A DNA stretch of 63,735 nt, counting the filler, from Octopus bimaculoides (taxonomy: Eukaryota): assembly GCF_001194135.2 (NCBI RefSeq). It is 5 parts of 5 records of this genome, joined end to end, with 100 filler letters (N's around TTAATTAATTAA, not from the genome) between each part and the next. Parts side by side here need not be neighbours in the genome. Positions count along the whole stretch, not along the records: positions 1 to 31,433 come from NC_068992.1; 4 more parts are not named here. One strand, given 5' to 3'. Under the pieces are notes generated by a model. The model made no database searches. It worked only from the letters and a program-made list of their open reading frames with translations, and was not told the origin of the DNA. The translations under genes and the position numbers were made by a program. Below are positions 13,834-26,902 of this stretch, one piece after another; positions within the stretch are counted from its first letter, which is position 1; the number at the start of each line of letters is the position of its first letter.

Positions 13834-14286
13834 CTAAAACAATTAGTAAATGCATGGTACATGCTAGTTACTCATTTTTAGCTAGTTATGTATGTTTTGT
13901 GTATGCAGTCAATTTCATCTTTAGATATAAAAACAAAAATGTTTTAATTTTTACATCTACACTAAATTCCGCCTCGTTTGAAATCCTGATCAGGTATCGA
14001 AATTTGGATAGGTATAAAGTACTGAGCAGGGTTTTGAACTATAATTCTTTATTTTTAAACTAAGGGTTGTAACACTCTTATCCACTAGGTCAGGGAACAC
14101 ATGCCAGTACTTCTGCATTTAAGAATGCTACAATCTCCTTTGCTTACAGTTAAAGAAACGTTCATGCAGGAATTAATAGAAAATCCAATTCCACTTTGGC
14201 ACTATGCACCACACTTTACACATTTAATTACACAGTTTTTGTTTTTAATGAATTACTGAGAGAAAAGTGAGGTAATTGCTATGTCT

Positions 14287-14408
14287 GTTATTATGGTAAC
14301 TAGCCTTTCTTGTTGCTATAAGAGTTGTCATATCAACTACTTCTGGTTGTCATAAACATTGTCATGACAACTATCCATTCTAGCTGCCTTGAATGTTGTC
14401 ATGACAAC
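14287..14408. promoter_or_regulatory. Cluster of RFX X-box-like palindromes
   Basis: GTTATTATGGTAAC (14287), GTTGTCATATCAAC (14324), ATTGTCATGACAAC (14358) and the perfect palindrome GTTGTCATGACAAC (14395). Confidence 0.3.
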
Positions 14409-15431
14409 TACCTCTACTTGCTGCCATGTGGGTTGTATCCTAGGCTTATTGCTGTTTACTTGGAATGTTTTACAAGTCAGTTTTTGCAGGAATAATGTGT
14501 CTGGGAGGAGAATTTTAGAGGTTGAAGTGCTGGTGAACAACAACTGCACAAATTGTTTAGTGTGGGTGGTAGTGGGGATTAAGGAATATATAATAGTGGG
14601 GGTGACTGGAAGAGGAACTGGTTAGTTCCCAAGAACAAACTATTGTGGTAGCAATAGTAGGTGAGAAAATGGTGTGTGGTGTCTGTAAGCCTGTGATTAT
14701 AGTGCTTGATTGGTGAAATGTTACCAATTAGTTGAATGTCTTTCTTTCGCAGTCTAGGCTAATTCACTGTTTAAGCAGCTGCAGTGGCTCATATGTGAGC
14801 TGTACTCTAATGAAGGTCAGATTTGAGCATTCTAAAGGTTAACCAAAACATATATGCAAAGACTCCAAAATTAAACAAAACTTGTCATAATTTTGCAAGA
14901 ACTAAACATAAGACTGTAAGTATAAAAAAATATTGGCATTAATTGCTTCACTGAAAAGTATAAATGACATTTGAGAACATGTATTTTAAAGATTAAATGC
15001 TGACATTACAATATATTGGGGTGGTGGAGAGCATACATTTTTGTCATTAGATATGGAGCTTAAATAAAAGCCATGCAATGACACTAAATTCAAAATCATC
15101 TGCAGTAATTGTGGAATAAATCTGACCTTTTAAATATGTGCTTCTCCATGGAAGATATTTCCATCATATCCAAAATTCACAAGAGAACCACTGTAACCCC
15201 CGTAAGCAATGTCTATATACAAGCTTAGTATATACAGATGCAGAAAGAACGTATGCACATTGATTATATGTATGTATGTATATGTATGCACACATATATA
15301 TATATATATATATANNNNNNNNNNNNNNNNNNNNATATATATATTTATAAATAAGTATGTATATGTGTGTGTGTGCGTGTATATATATGTATATACATAT
15401 ATGTATGAATATATACAAATATATATCTATT

Positions 15432-15484
<53 letters not shown>

Positions 15485-15659
15485 TTATGTATGATGTCTG
15501 AACAATAAGTATCTGGACTGCTGCCATAGTAACAAAGCTAAAACATGCAGAGTGAAGCTGCATGGCAAAGATTGATCTTCAGAGAAAGTTGTCATGGTGA
15601 TACCTGCTCGGGGGCCTACCCAAAGTTGCAGAAAGTGTATAGAGAGGAGTGTATGAACC

Positions 15660-16147
15660 GCATACGAGCAGTTCAGAGCTGCATTTTCCTATTGGGGAAA
15701 AGATGGCAGTCCTCAGGTGCTAAATATGGTGAATAGGGAGGTGCAGAAGCAATACCATGTTGCTTTTGGTAAGAAACGCATGACAGGGTGCATTGTCTTT
15801 GTGAAGAACCCAATTCTTCACACTACATATATCTGGTAACTTTTCCCACATGTTCTCTCTCAAATTCTTCAAAACGTGACTGATTGTCCTCCATTGATCC
15901 CCATGCTCAAAGTGATGAATTTTCTTCACCTGTCCAGATGTGACACCTGTGGCAGGTGGTACAGATTCCTTATTGTTTTCCAGGGATGATTTTCCGCTTT
16001 TAAGTGTCTGTGCCACTTGAAACATTGTGTGCAACCTATTGCCTTATTCCCATAAACTTGCGAAAGCATGTTCAATGTCTCTGTACCAGACTTCCCAAGT
16101 TTAACACAATATTTCAGGTAGGTTCTTTGTTCCAACTTCCTGTCCAT
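15660..16147 (-). mobile_element. Internally deleted mariner transposase relic
   Basis: N-terminus MDRKLEQRTYLKYCVKLGKSGTETLNMLSQVYG...CFKWHR (HTH region) joined to WVLHKDNAPCH...PYSPYLAPEDCHLFP (YSPDLAPxD motif) via frameshifts and a large deletion. Confidence 0.88.
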
Positions 16148-16423
16148 GACAAAAAATAACAGACTACAGCATATATATGATCACACAAACTTGTGTGTAT
16201 AAGAGACCATGATATTATCAAAAATATTCTTCATCATTTAAGATTGTAGAAAGTGATTGGAGACAAGATTTGGGTGCCACTTTCATCCGGTTGAATAACT
16301 GTATAGAGGTGCATTCATTAGCTCATTTCCCCACAAGTTTTTCTCTTCCTGGAAGTGCTGTTACCATTATTGTTGGTGTAAATAATGCTGCTCTCAACCT
16401 CTCCTGTTGTCATGTTAACATAC

Positions 16424-16467
16424 ACTTTGTTTGTATATATTCCTCATTTGATTCAAACCAATATAGG
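16424..16467 (-). CDS. Candidate small coding exon (xLYWFESNEEYIQTKx)
   Basis: Donor AGT|gtatgt is good; acceptor taatgacag| is weak. Phase 2>1 links the 20187-20262 and 13712-13833 candidates. Confidence 0.3.
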
Positions 16468-18689
16468 CTGTCATTAATTTAACAATTCTAATTCAGTTCT
16501 GCTCTATCTCCAACTCCAACCTCTTCAGTGACATCACTGAAGAGGTACACTTGAAATTTCAGAGTATTGAACTTTGCTAATTATTTTATTCTGAACTGTT
16601 GCTAAAGGCATTTTCCTTTTTATGTAAAAATTTCATTTTCCTAACAGTACTATCTCACTTATTGAATATCTTCAACAAGTAATTAGCTGTAATTAGCAGT
16701 GATAGTCATGTTGGGATTTTATGTTTTTTTAAGATAATTAAAACTAAATTCCTTGTACAGTATTGCTGACATTTATCACTTTAAAGTATGTTGTTTTATT
16801 TCAACTGAAGATTAACAACTGTAAAACAATGGTTTACTGACAATTAAAGACACTAAGAACATGACAGATGTAATAAAATGGTGTCTAACAGGGATTTCTG
16901 TTTTTAGCAAAGAACTACAAATTCCTTGAGAGAGTTGAACTTGTTCTTCCCTTACACTTTAGCTTTTCAACACACTAAGATGAATGATAAAACTGAGCTT
17001 GGAGGGTTTGCAACTGGCCCCCCCTTTTTTTTTTGGTGTTCTCCCATCTCTATCACATAAAACCCACATGTATTTTTTTCTACCTCACATGTGTCAAACC
17101 ATAGGGAAATATTACCATGCCAGGAACATTTATGGGTTGAGGCTGGAAGGGTACCCAGCAGCAGAAAATCTACTTTGGCTAATTTTGTCTAACTTATGCA
17201 AACATGGAGAAGTAGACATTAAAGAAATGATAATGAAGATGATGTTGAAAAGATCCCCAGAATATAATTGATTAATGTCTGTTGTTTTACCATCTCAACT
17301 CTGTCTCAGCTCACAACTATTAACTCTTACCAGTAATAAACCATAGAAATTTGACTGACAGAGGCAACTCTTTTGTCGGAATTGTAAGTTTGGAGGATTT
17401 AATGACTGAGTCAACAATCCTGCTGACATTTGAACTGGAAATTTAAAAGTGAAGACTAAATAATATGGTAAATTGTTGCTCTCTACTGTTTCTTCTGACT
17501 CACAGCCCTGCCAATTCAAATATTGATTTCTAGATCGACATGAGATCACACATTTGTAAAAGCGGGATAGAGTTGATGGAACTAACCTTTGCATATGCCT
17601 GTTATTTATTCTATTGGCCTTGGAAGAATGAACAGGGAAAAATCGATCCTAGTTGGATTTTGAATTTAAAAATGAATTGATAATGTATTTCTCCTGGTTC
17701 TCTATCATTTTTATTGCACTCTATTCTTTACCAATTCAAATATTGATAAGTGAATGATGATGTTCAGCTGGCTGAGGGATTTGCATTCCTCATACATGTG
17801 ATGTTTCCTTCATATTCTGGCATAATAATCATAAAATCAAGAGGGGAAAAAGGTGACGTTATTTCCAGGAATGAGGCTCAAGAAAATTAGAATTTCACTT
17901 GTCATTAAGGTTAAAGTGCTGATACAGTTACCACTGCTGCTGCTACAGGTACTCCCCTTTCACCTCCTTCTACTCCTACTATTACAACTACTATTACTGC
18001 TACTACTATCATCATCACTTCATAAAGATGATGAAGATGGTTGTTAAGGTGGTAACCCAGTAGAATCGTTAGCTTGTGGGGCAAAACTTTTAACAATATG
18101 TTGTCCGTCTTTGCGTTTTGAGTTCAAATTCCACTGAGGTGCAAAACAGAATACCTTCCAGTATTTTTTTCCTTTTAGGTTCAAGTTCAAATCCCAGTGA
18201 GAATTTCTTTCTCATCGTTTATGACTATGAATAAGTTTTAATCTGGTCTTGCAACTGAGATCATTTATGGCTTTGACCTCATATTAGAAAGTATTGTTGC
18301 TGTTCCCCACTCATTTCTGGTATGGCCATACTTTGGTTATTTTTAAGTATTACGATGTATAAATGTACATGGAAAATTTGACTGGGAACAGTTGCCACTT
18401 ACATTTGCTTTTGGAGTAAGAAAGGGAGAGAGAGAAAGTTTACTAAGAAATAGAAGAGAGGGTGAAAATTCCATATAAGGAGAGAGAAACGCTTCAGGAT
18501 TTATAGTATATTATTATTATTATTATTATTATCATTATGAGAAGCCTTTTTCTTAAGAGTGAAAGGCCATATGAAATATTTCCATTTAATGCATTTTCAT
18601 TTTCTTTTTAAGTGTCCTAGTAATTGTAGATGGCACTATTTCACTTTTCTTATTTTGCCCATTTATTTTGTTGAAACTTCTACATTCAC

Positions 18690-19310
18690 TTGTGATGTAC
18701 AACCTTAAGAAAATACCATCATATAACACCTCCACTTCCACTAAACATGATTAGCACTCATCTAGAACTCTCACAATTGCTCCAAATTCTGGGCCTAACA
18801 ATCTTCACAAAAGCACTTCCTTAGAATATCCGGGATCACATTCCAAAGATTGGTCCTTTTTTTTTATGGTCAGAAAATATTTCATCCCCAACAGCTGCTG
18901 ACACTATGAGATCCAAGACCCACAATAGAGTACTGTTCTAACATTTTGAATGATGCTGCATTTAAGCACATCAAAAGAAAAGTCATTCAGCAGTTTGATA
19001 TTAAATCACTAATGGTATCTCCAGCTTCTGGCCTACAGGTGTTCTGTCTCATCTTTCTGTCTTTTATGTTACTACTCCAATGGTTTCCATTCCTTGGAGC
19101 TGATTGATTTCACACATCTACCACTTAGGCACTCCCAAACATTCATCCTTCCACCTCTTGTTTTCACTGCTGCACCCCCCGCCTCTTTATGACACCATAC
19201 TAACCACTATTCCAGCTCCTTTCTCTCCAGATCATCATCTCCCAGGAACTCTCTTCTTGCATGTCTTCATTCCAGCAGTTACAACATTATGAATTAAGTT
19301 ATACCGTGAA
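18690..19310 (+). mobile_element. LINE ORF2 C-terminal relic (CR1/Jockey/I-like)
   Basis: Fragments QILGLTI and QLLTL*DPRPTIEYCSNI match the post-RT region (LGL.I...LLTLYK...RP..EYCSHIW); the rest is decayed. Confidence 0.65.
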
Positions 19311-20186
19311 GGATTTTTCTTCAGCTGAGCTCATCAAATCAGCTACATTGATGTCAAAGTTTGGTGTATATATCTTCGAGAAAGCATGAATGATGAATAC
19401 AACAATGTCTCATAATGATTATAATGAAGAAAGTAAAGTTTCTTGGAATGAATAATATGTTAAAACAGAAGATAGCAGCAACTGTATAAAGTTTTATAAG
19501 TGTTTTCTTAGTTGGATGAGAATTATTAATGAAAGGTAATTAATTACTGAAATATAAGTTATGTTTTTTTTTTTTGACTCTGATAATAATGATGTTGTTG
19601 GCTATAATAAAGTTGTTCAACAAAGATTAATAACTAAATTATATGCAACAACAACAATAACAACACTTGAGTTAAGTTTTGGTTAAATTTAGTGTCATAT
19701 AATCCATCATTCAAAGAACTATGATCAAATTTGGTATGGAATTTTGGAATATACAGAAAAATAGATAATTAAAATAAAATAAAAGGAAGGATGGTAAGGA
19801 TAAGCAGATAGGAAAAATTGAAAAATGGTGGGTACTGTTTCTAATTTGTTAATTCTGAAAAATCAATCTTTAGTAAAATGTTCCCTGAAAATATTGCTAT
19901 CTAATATTGAATTAACAAAATAGTTTTAATTAAATTCATAATCATGATATTTTACCCTATAAAATATCAAATAACTGTTTCACAGTATTATTGTTATTAT
20001 TAATATTATTATTATTATTATTATTATTATTGCTGTTGTTGTTAAGTTGTTCTTTTCATTACTACTGTTGCTGTTGTCGCTGTAGTTTTTATTGTCATCA
20101 TGATAGTCTTTGTTGTTCAATGACATTTGAGAGATTCCAGTGCCAATATATTGCTAGAACTGTATAAAGTACAACTAAATAAATAC

Positions 20187-20262
20187 AGAAATTCATCAAA
20201 GAGAATTTCCACAGCTTTAGCCTGCAGCTTTGTCATGCTTTTCTTTCTGTTTGGAATTTTAA
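20187..20262 (-). CDS. Candidate internal coding exon (xKIPNRKKSMTKLQAKAVEILFDEFx)
   Basis: Long polypyrimidine tract ...gtgttcttttacttttaaag|; donor CT|gtattt; 76 nt; phase 1>2. Confidence 0.4.
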
Positions 20263-20942
20263 CTTTAAAAGTAAAAGAACACAAAAAAGAAAAAAACAAC
20301 CTTTACACAATAACAGTTTATGAAAGTTGCTTTCTATTTCTTTTTTAATTTATATATAATATTTTCTCCCTTTTCTCATTATTTCTGTAAATAATGCTTT
20401 GTTATTAATCGATGAACACAGGCATATAATGATCAGAAATAATGAGTTTCTTTATAATATACTTAACGATATGTAATATGGTAGCAGCTCTGCAGTATTA
20501 CTGAAGACTATCTTCAGATTTACTTGTACCTTATTGTTGTTACTGATATTTTTTAATTTTCTCCTCTTCTACAATTGACTTAACTCTGTTTAGTAATTCT
20601 CGGATAACAAATATGCTTTTTGTATTTTATTTTATTTTTTGCTTTGTGGATATGAAAAACGATGAGAAAACAAAACCCTATCATTTGTTAAACAATTGAT
20701 ACTTCTCAATTTTATGAGAATATTGGTATTTATGAGAAGAACAATGCAAGAAATGTAGTGGATGGCCAGCATTGTGATTAATTTAATCAACTTCAGTATA
20801 TTACCGGTAAACAATCCTTTAGCCTTTAAACCAGCCATATCCAGCCATAAATATTTTACCTGTATTATGTTCAAAGTGGCATCTCACACCAATCTTACAA
20901 TATCATTATAAAAATTAACAGTTACCTTATCAAAAATCTCAA

Positions 20943-21285
20943 TCATCATCATCATCGTTTAACGTCCGCTTTCCATGCTAGCATGACTTGGACGATTTGA
21001 CTGAGGACTGGTGAAACCGGATGGCAACACCAGGCTCCAATCTAATTTGGCAGAGTTTCTACAGCTGGATGCCCTTCCTAACGCCAACCACTCAGAGAGT
21101 GTAGTGGGTGCTTTTACGTGTCACCCGCACGAAAACGGCCACGCTCGAAATGGTGTCTTTTATGTGCCACCCACACAAGAACCAGTCCAGGGGCACTGGC
21201 AACGATCTCGCTCGAAAATCCTACGGAAGCCAGTCAGGCGGTACTTGCAACAGCCACGCTCAAAATGATGCATCTCATGTGCCAC
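20943..21285 (-). mobile_element. Retroposon 3' end with (GAT)n tail, same family as 5065-5420, truncated by a gap
   Basis: catcatcatcgtttaacgtccgctttccatgctagcatg...ctacagctggatgcccttcctaacgccaacc; less decayed than the 5.1-kb copy. Confidence 0.7.
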
Positions 21286-21811
21286 NNNNNNNNNNNNNNN
21301 NNNNNNNNNNNNNNNNNNNNNNNNNNNNNNNNNNNNNNNNNNNNNNNNNNNNNNNNNNNNNNNNNNNNNNNNNNNNNNNNNNNNNNNNNNNNNNNNNNNN
21401 NNNNNNNNNNNNNNNNNNNNNNNNNNNNNNNNNNNNNNNNNNNNNNNNNNNNNNNNNNNNNNNNNNNNNNNNNNNNNNNNNNNNNNNNNNNNNNNNNNNN
21501 NNNNNNNNNNNNNNNNNNNNNNNNNNNNNNNNNNNNNNNNNNNNNNNNNNNNNNNNNNNNNNNNNNNNNNNNNNNNNNNNNNNNNNNNNNNNNNNNNNNN
21601 NNNNNNNNNNNNNNNNNNNNNNNNNNNNNNNNNNNNNNNNNNNNNNNNNNNNNNNNNNNNNNNNNNNNNNNNNNNNNNNNNNNNNNNNNNNNNNNNNNNN
21701 NNNNNNNNNNNNNNNNNNNNNNNNNNNNNNNNNNNNNNNNNNNNNNNNNNNNNNNNNNNNNNNNNNNNNNNNNNNNNNNNNNNNNNNNNNNNNNNNNNNN
21801 NNNNNNNNNNN

Positions 21812-21849
<38 letters not shown>

Positions 21850-23755
21850 CTGTCCCACATCTTTCACCAAACAACAGCAAATAAACGTCATAAAAATGCT
21901 TATTTTTCCAAGACTGTCAAGTACTTCTTAAAACTCTCCTACTTCAAAAACAGAACTACTGCTGCCACAAAGAGGGATTAGGCACACAGATCATTCATTC
22001 TGGTCCATCCCTGAGAAAATTCCTGTTTAGTACTTATGGGGTACACATGGTCAAAGCACCCCATTAACAACTTTGAAAGATGCTAAAGTGCTAACCTGGT
22101 ATGTGAAGATACAGTAGAAGCTTGATCTCAGCCCCATGTTGTTGGGAAGCAAGCTACTTACTACACAGCCACACATGCACTTATATATGCACATATATAC
22201 TTGTGTGTGTGTGTGTGTGCGATGTTTCCATATCTCCTGTTAAATTTTTAATCATATAACCCTGAAAATACTTTGACATTACCTGCATTAAGAAATTATT
22301 CTACTTCCTCAAATTATACGTACTGTTTATATTGACATTATATGATCTGTTTAACAATGTGTGCATGCATGCTATTGGTATACATCTTTGTACTTAAGTT
22401 TGAGTGAAAGATTGCAAGTGTATTTTAATGTGTACATGCACTGGTTATAAATATAATTGTATGTGTATATGCATTTTAGCAAGCATATATACTGTTATAG
22501 AATTATTTTTGTACCCTACTATGTTGTTTGTATACATTTTAGTGTATGTCTACATGGTCTGTGTTCTGCTTTGAATGCGTGAGTGTATATACATTGAAAT
22601 AGTCTCACACACACACACACAAATGATACCAGAACAAAATCAATAAATGATATTGTTATTCGCACCTAATACATGAATTCATATTTAAAAAGGCTAATTA
22701 CTTCATCTACTTCAACACACCATTTTATTAGACCTGTCACTTCCTGTTACCCATAATTCTTCATTCTCAACACTTTCCACACATTCTTAATTCAATAAAC
22801 GGATATGGTGTTGGTGGTGGTCGTGGAAGGGTAGGATGACTGCCGACTTGTTTCTTTCACCTACTTCTTGATTTTCTGAAGGAATGAAAAATGGCATTTT
22901 TGCATAAAGCTTTAGGCTTTTAGACATGTCAGTGGTGAGTGAAGCCTTTTAAAATGTGGTGTCTGATATACTACATGGCAATAGTTGGTGTGATTCCAAT
23001 AATAACCATAGCTACGATGTGGCAGTGCCAAGCAGAAGAGTCTTGGCTATCAGCTCTTATTCAAGTATGAATCATGTTAAGTGGATGTTGCTGAATGCAG
23101 TTCTTTTAAGCATGTCACACAGACAATAGTAAATGTATGGTTCCTTTCAGACATATATATCTCAACTCAAACAACTGCAATCTATTCTTTATAACCATCA
23201 GAGCACACATGAAGCCACATGTCAGATTAAACAGGATTCAAGCTAATTAGTGGAAGTCAGCAATCAGTTTGTTGTTGTTGTTATCACTCAGGTAGCAAAG
23301 TAGTAGGATCGGTAGAGTGCCATGCTAAAAGCCTTGCTACTTCTATCCCTTTACATTCTGAGTTCAAATCCTACTGGGTTTTGACTGATTTTTTTTTTTT
23401 TCATCACTTGTGTATCAATAAGCTAAGAATGAGAAATATGTTTGTTAATTGATACTCGGGCCTCTCAATTGCTATTTATATATTTGTGACTTTGTATTAA
23501 GGAGAGATATACTGGAATGATAGATTTGCTAGAGCTTCAGAAAAAATGCCAAGGGATATTTTTCTAACTCTTAACACTCTGAGTTCAAATACAATCAAAG
23601 TTAGCATTACAAAATTTCATCCTTTCTGAATCAATAAAATGAAGTGCCAGTAAAGACCTGTCATTGATGTAATCAACTAGCACACCACATCAAAAGTCGC
23701 TAGCCTTTTGCATATAGCAAAAATAATTATTATGTAACTATTACATGCTATGTGT

Positions 23756-24139
23756 GGAGGCGCAATGGCTCAGTGGTTAGGGCAGCAGACTCGTGGTCAT
23801 AGGATCGCGGTTTCGATTCCCAGACCTGGCGTTGTGAGTGTTTATTGAGCGAAAACACCTAAAAGCTCCACGAGGCTCTGGCAGGGGATGGTGGCGAACC
23901 CTGTTGTACTCTTTCACCACAACTTTCTCTCATTCTTTCTTCCTGTTTCTGTTGTACCTGTATTTCAAAAGGCCAACCTTGTCACACTGTGGCACGCTGA
24001 ATATCCCCGAGAACTATGTTACAGGTACACATGTCTGTGGAGTGCTCAGCCACTTGCACGTTAATTTCATGAGCAGACTGTTCTGTTGATTGGATCAACT
24101 GGAACCCTCGACGTCGTAAGCGACGGAGTGCCAACAACA
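23756..24139 (+). mobile_element. Full-length tRNA-derived SINE (type A1) with 13-bp TSD
   Basis: A box (TGGCTCAGTGG) and B box (GGTTTCGATTCC); (CAA)n tail; ACATGCTATGTGT duplicated at 23743-23755 and 24140-24152; second copy at 49355-49739. Confidence 0.95.
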
Positions 24140-24189
24140 ACATGCTATGTGTGTTAGGCGATAAGTTGTCTTGAGGTTTAAATATGTAT

Positions 24190-24480
24190 CTACCTTTACC
24201 ACACACCCATGTGTACACACCTCACCTCTAAAAACATCGACATACCTTCACTACACAGTTATGTCCGTTCACCTTAATTGCACACTAGTGTCTATACATC
24301 TCAACCACACACCTGTGTCTACACACCTGTGTCTACACACCTGTGTCTACACACCTAAAGCACACATCCATATCTACACACCTTAACCACACATCTGTAT
24401 CTATATACCTCAATCACATACCCATGTCTACACACCTTGACCACACAGCCACGTCTACACCTCTCAGCCACATAGCCAAA
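24190..24480. repeat. Degenerate 14/28-bp minisatellite (TACACACCTGTGTC)
   Basis: Three near-exact 14-mers at about 24305-24352, flanked by diverged 28-bp dimers. Confidence 0.8.
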
Positions 24481-25259
24481 CTTGCACCTTTGCAAGCAAC
24501 AAGCTGAGTTTTTAATTGTTTCACAACTTCACTTAATTCTTAGCAGAGGAAAATACACCTGAGTAATCTAATTGATGTTCTAATGGTGGTCACCATTAAG
24601 AAAATGACTGATACAGTAGCTTAGCAGAAAAGGGTGTCAAATTTACAATTATAAACATTCTGTAACTTGCACCGTACAAACAGAAAATATCTCTGAAAAT
24701 CTAGGTGTCCATTTACACAGCAACTATAAAAATATAGTTCTTCACTATAGAATAATAAACAAGTGAAGCAGTCAGCTGTCTGTGCGTCACTATCTTTGGC
24801 TCCAGTGGAAATATTTCCTACTAAAACTCATGTTTGATGAACTTATTTTAGCATAAAGTTTGTAATAAAATGATAGAAATTCTGTATTATTGAATTAAAT
24901 AAAAAGTTCACCATACACTTTCTAACAGCTGATGCCCCCATAAACTATGAATGAGAACACCTGTAACAGAGAGTTTAGTAAGTTTCTGTGAAATGTTGTG
25001 TTACAACTCCAAATTATTTTTCCATAAAACACCATTGCATTGACTCTTTATAATCTTCACTTTCACCTCAGAATGTTGTTACCTCCATTTTGTACACTAG
25101 ATACTCTATATCTATAGGAGTGGGCTGAAAATTTCATCAACTGTCTACGAAGGAGTGATGCTGTGAAATGTTGCACGCATTAATTTCGACTATTATTATT
25201 AGTAACTGCTTTGTTTCTTTTTGGGTAAACTGACATTTAACTTTAAAGTTATACTTTAG

Positions 25260-25464
25260 GACCTGATGGTGCATTCAAATATGGAGTAAGTTGACAATCA
25301 AAATATGTCTTGGTGTTATTGGTTTAACTGGTATTTCTTGAAGTTATGTATTTAGGTACCTTTTAAATGTTATGAGATATTTCTTTGTTTTCTTTCAGGA
25401 GAATGTTAAATTGAGTGGGGGTCGTGTCGCCACTTTCCTTGGTTCCACTCCCTCTCTCAATTAA
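25260..25464 (+). CDS. Candidate two-exon fragment, 25260-25285 + 25399-25464 (xPDGAFKYG|ENVKLSGGRVATFLGSTPSLN*)
   Basis: 113-nt intron with GA|gtaagt and ttctttgttttctttcag|G; phases join; CpGs are retained in the second exon within a CpG-poor region. Could be transposon-derived. Confidence 0.3.
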
Positions 25465-26591
25465 GAGTCTTTGTTTTACATGCTACATAGTGATCCCACT
25501 GCTGCTGGTGCCTTTAAAAAGCACCAGAGCTGGTGCCATGTACAAAGTACCCAGTACACTCTATAAGGTGGTTAGTGTTAGGAGAGACATCCAGTTATAG
25601 AAACCATACCAAAACAGATAGTTGGAATCTGATATAGCTCTCTGGCTTGCCAGCTCCTGTCAAACCCTTTCAACCCATGCCAGCATGGTAAATAGTTGTT
25701 AAATGATGAAGAAAATGATTATGCATTCAGGAAGACTTCACTTTCATTACAATGAAAGACAATGCTTTTATCAATTATTCTATAAGTTTTCACTACAGAT
25801 ATGCTACTTGATGTATTTAACACAGTCATTTCTAGAATAAAATCTCCTTTTCTTCATTTCACCAATTGTGATGCAGCAGAAAATATTTAGAGTTGTTTAA
25901 AAAGCTGAATACAGTGATTTTCAAGCAATTAGAACTGGTCAAAATGACACACTGTACTTCATGAGTGCCACCTATCAGTTCTCAGTTTGTTGTATCACTA
26001 ATGATTAAATATAAGCAAGAAATCTATCAGCTACATAACAGAGAAAATGTTTACAATTGGCCGTTAAGTGGTACAACTGTTTGTTTATTGTTGGATGTTT
26101 TCCCTATCTCTCAGCTGAAAAGCAGGATCTGCACAGACTGAAGTATGCTGAGTTCTGTACTTTGCTGAAATGGCACATTAAAATGGAAATAGCAGCAGAT
26201 GTAATACAGTTTGAACTCATAACCATGAAGTTAGTAGCTGAGAGCCTTGCCTCTTATACTATTTATGTACTGAAAGGCAACACCAGGGCCGAGTTTTGTG
26301 CCTTAATTCTTACAAATAGCAAGTATAAAGAAAGCAATAAAATAAATAAGACAAGGCTGGAATTCTTATCCGAACAGGATATGTTAGATTTAAGGAGCAT
26401 TATGTATAAATGGAAGTAGTGGTATAATAATGAACTGCTTTGTGAAGAAACTCCTCAGCAAATTTACCAAACTATTGCTGCTAGTTAATTCTGAAAGAAC
26501 TAAAGGAAATACTGAATTAGAATTACATTTAAATAGCCCGTAGAATTGTAAGAATATTATTGTAAAGGATGGAACAAGTAACATCAATTAG

Positions 26592-26656
<65 letters not shown>

Positions 26657-26817
26657 CTTTCTTTCTTTCACCTAATCTATATCTTTTCCTCTGAAACCAA
26701 TAGAATTCAGAAAACATTTAGAAGCCCTGAAGAAGCCCAGGTGAGCTTCCAGAATTATTATTGCTATTGTTATTGTTTCTATTATCATCATCATCATGAA
26801 TGTAACTTCCACCACCT

Positions 26818-26902
<85 letters not shown>

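Noticed and set aside
17295-17800. 99-aa minus ORF with a duplicated tcaatatttgaattgg
   Set aside because: No domain recognisable in any frame; probably an old repeat fossil.
20632-20874. Minus-strand exon-like VKYLWLDMAGLKAKGLFT
   Set aside because: Overlaps a ccttta gcctttaaaccagccatatcc segment that looks like a dispersed repeat end; weak acceptor.
23756-23830. tRNA-like A/B boxes here and at 47660-47729, 49670-49739 and 54949-55015
   Set aside because: They are heads of multicopy SINEs with TSD/tail; no complete cloverleaf is evident.
24190-24480. Regularly spaced repeats considered as a CRISPR-like array
   Set aside because: Contiguous degenerate minisatellite with no unique spacers and no cas genes; eukaryotic context.
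26057-26419. 120-aa plus-strand ORF
   Set aside because: No recognisable motif and a TTG start; kept only as a weak exon possibility.
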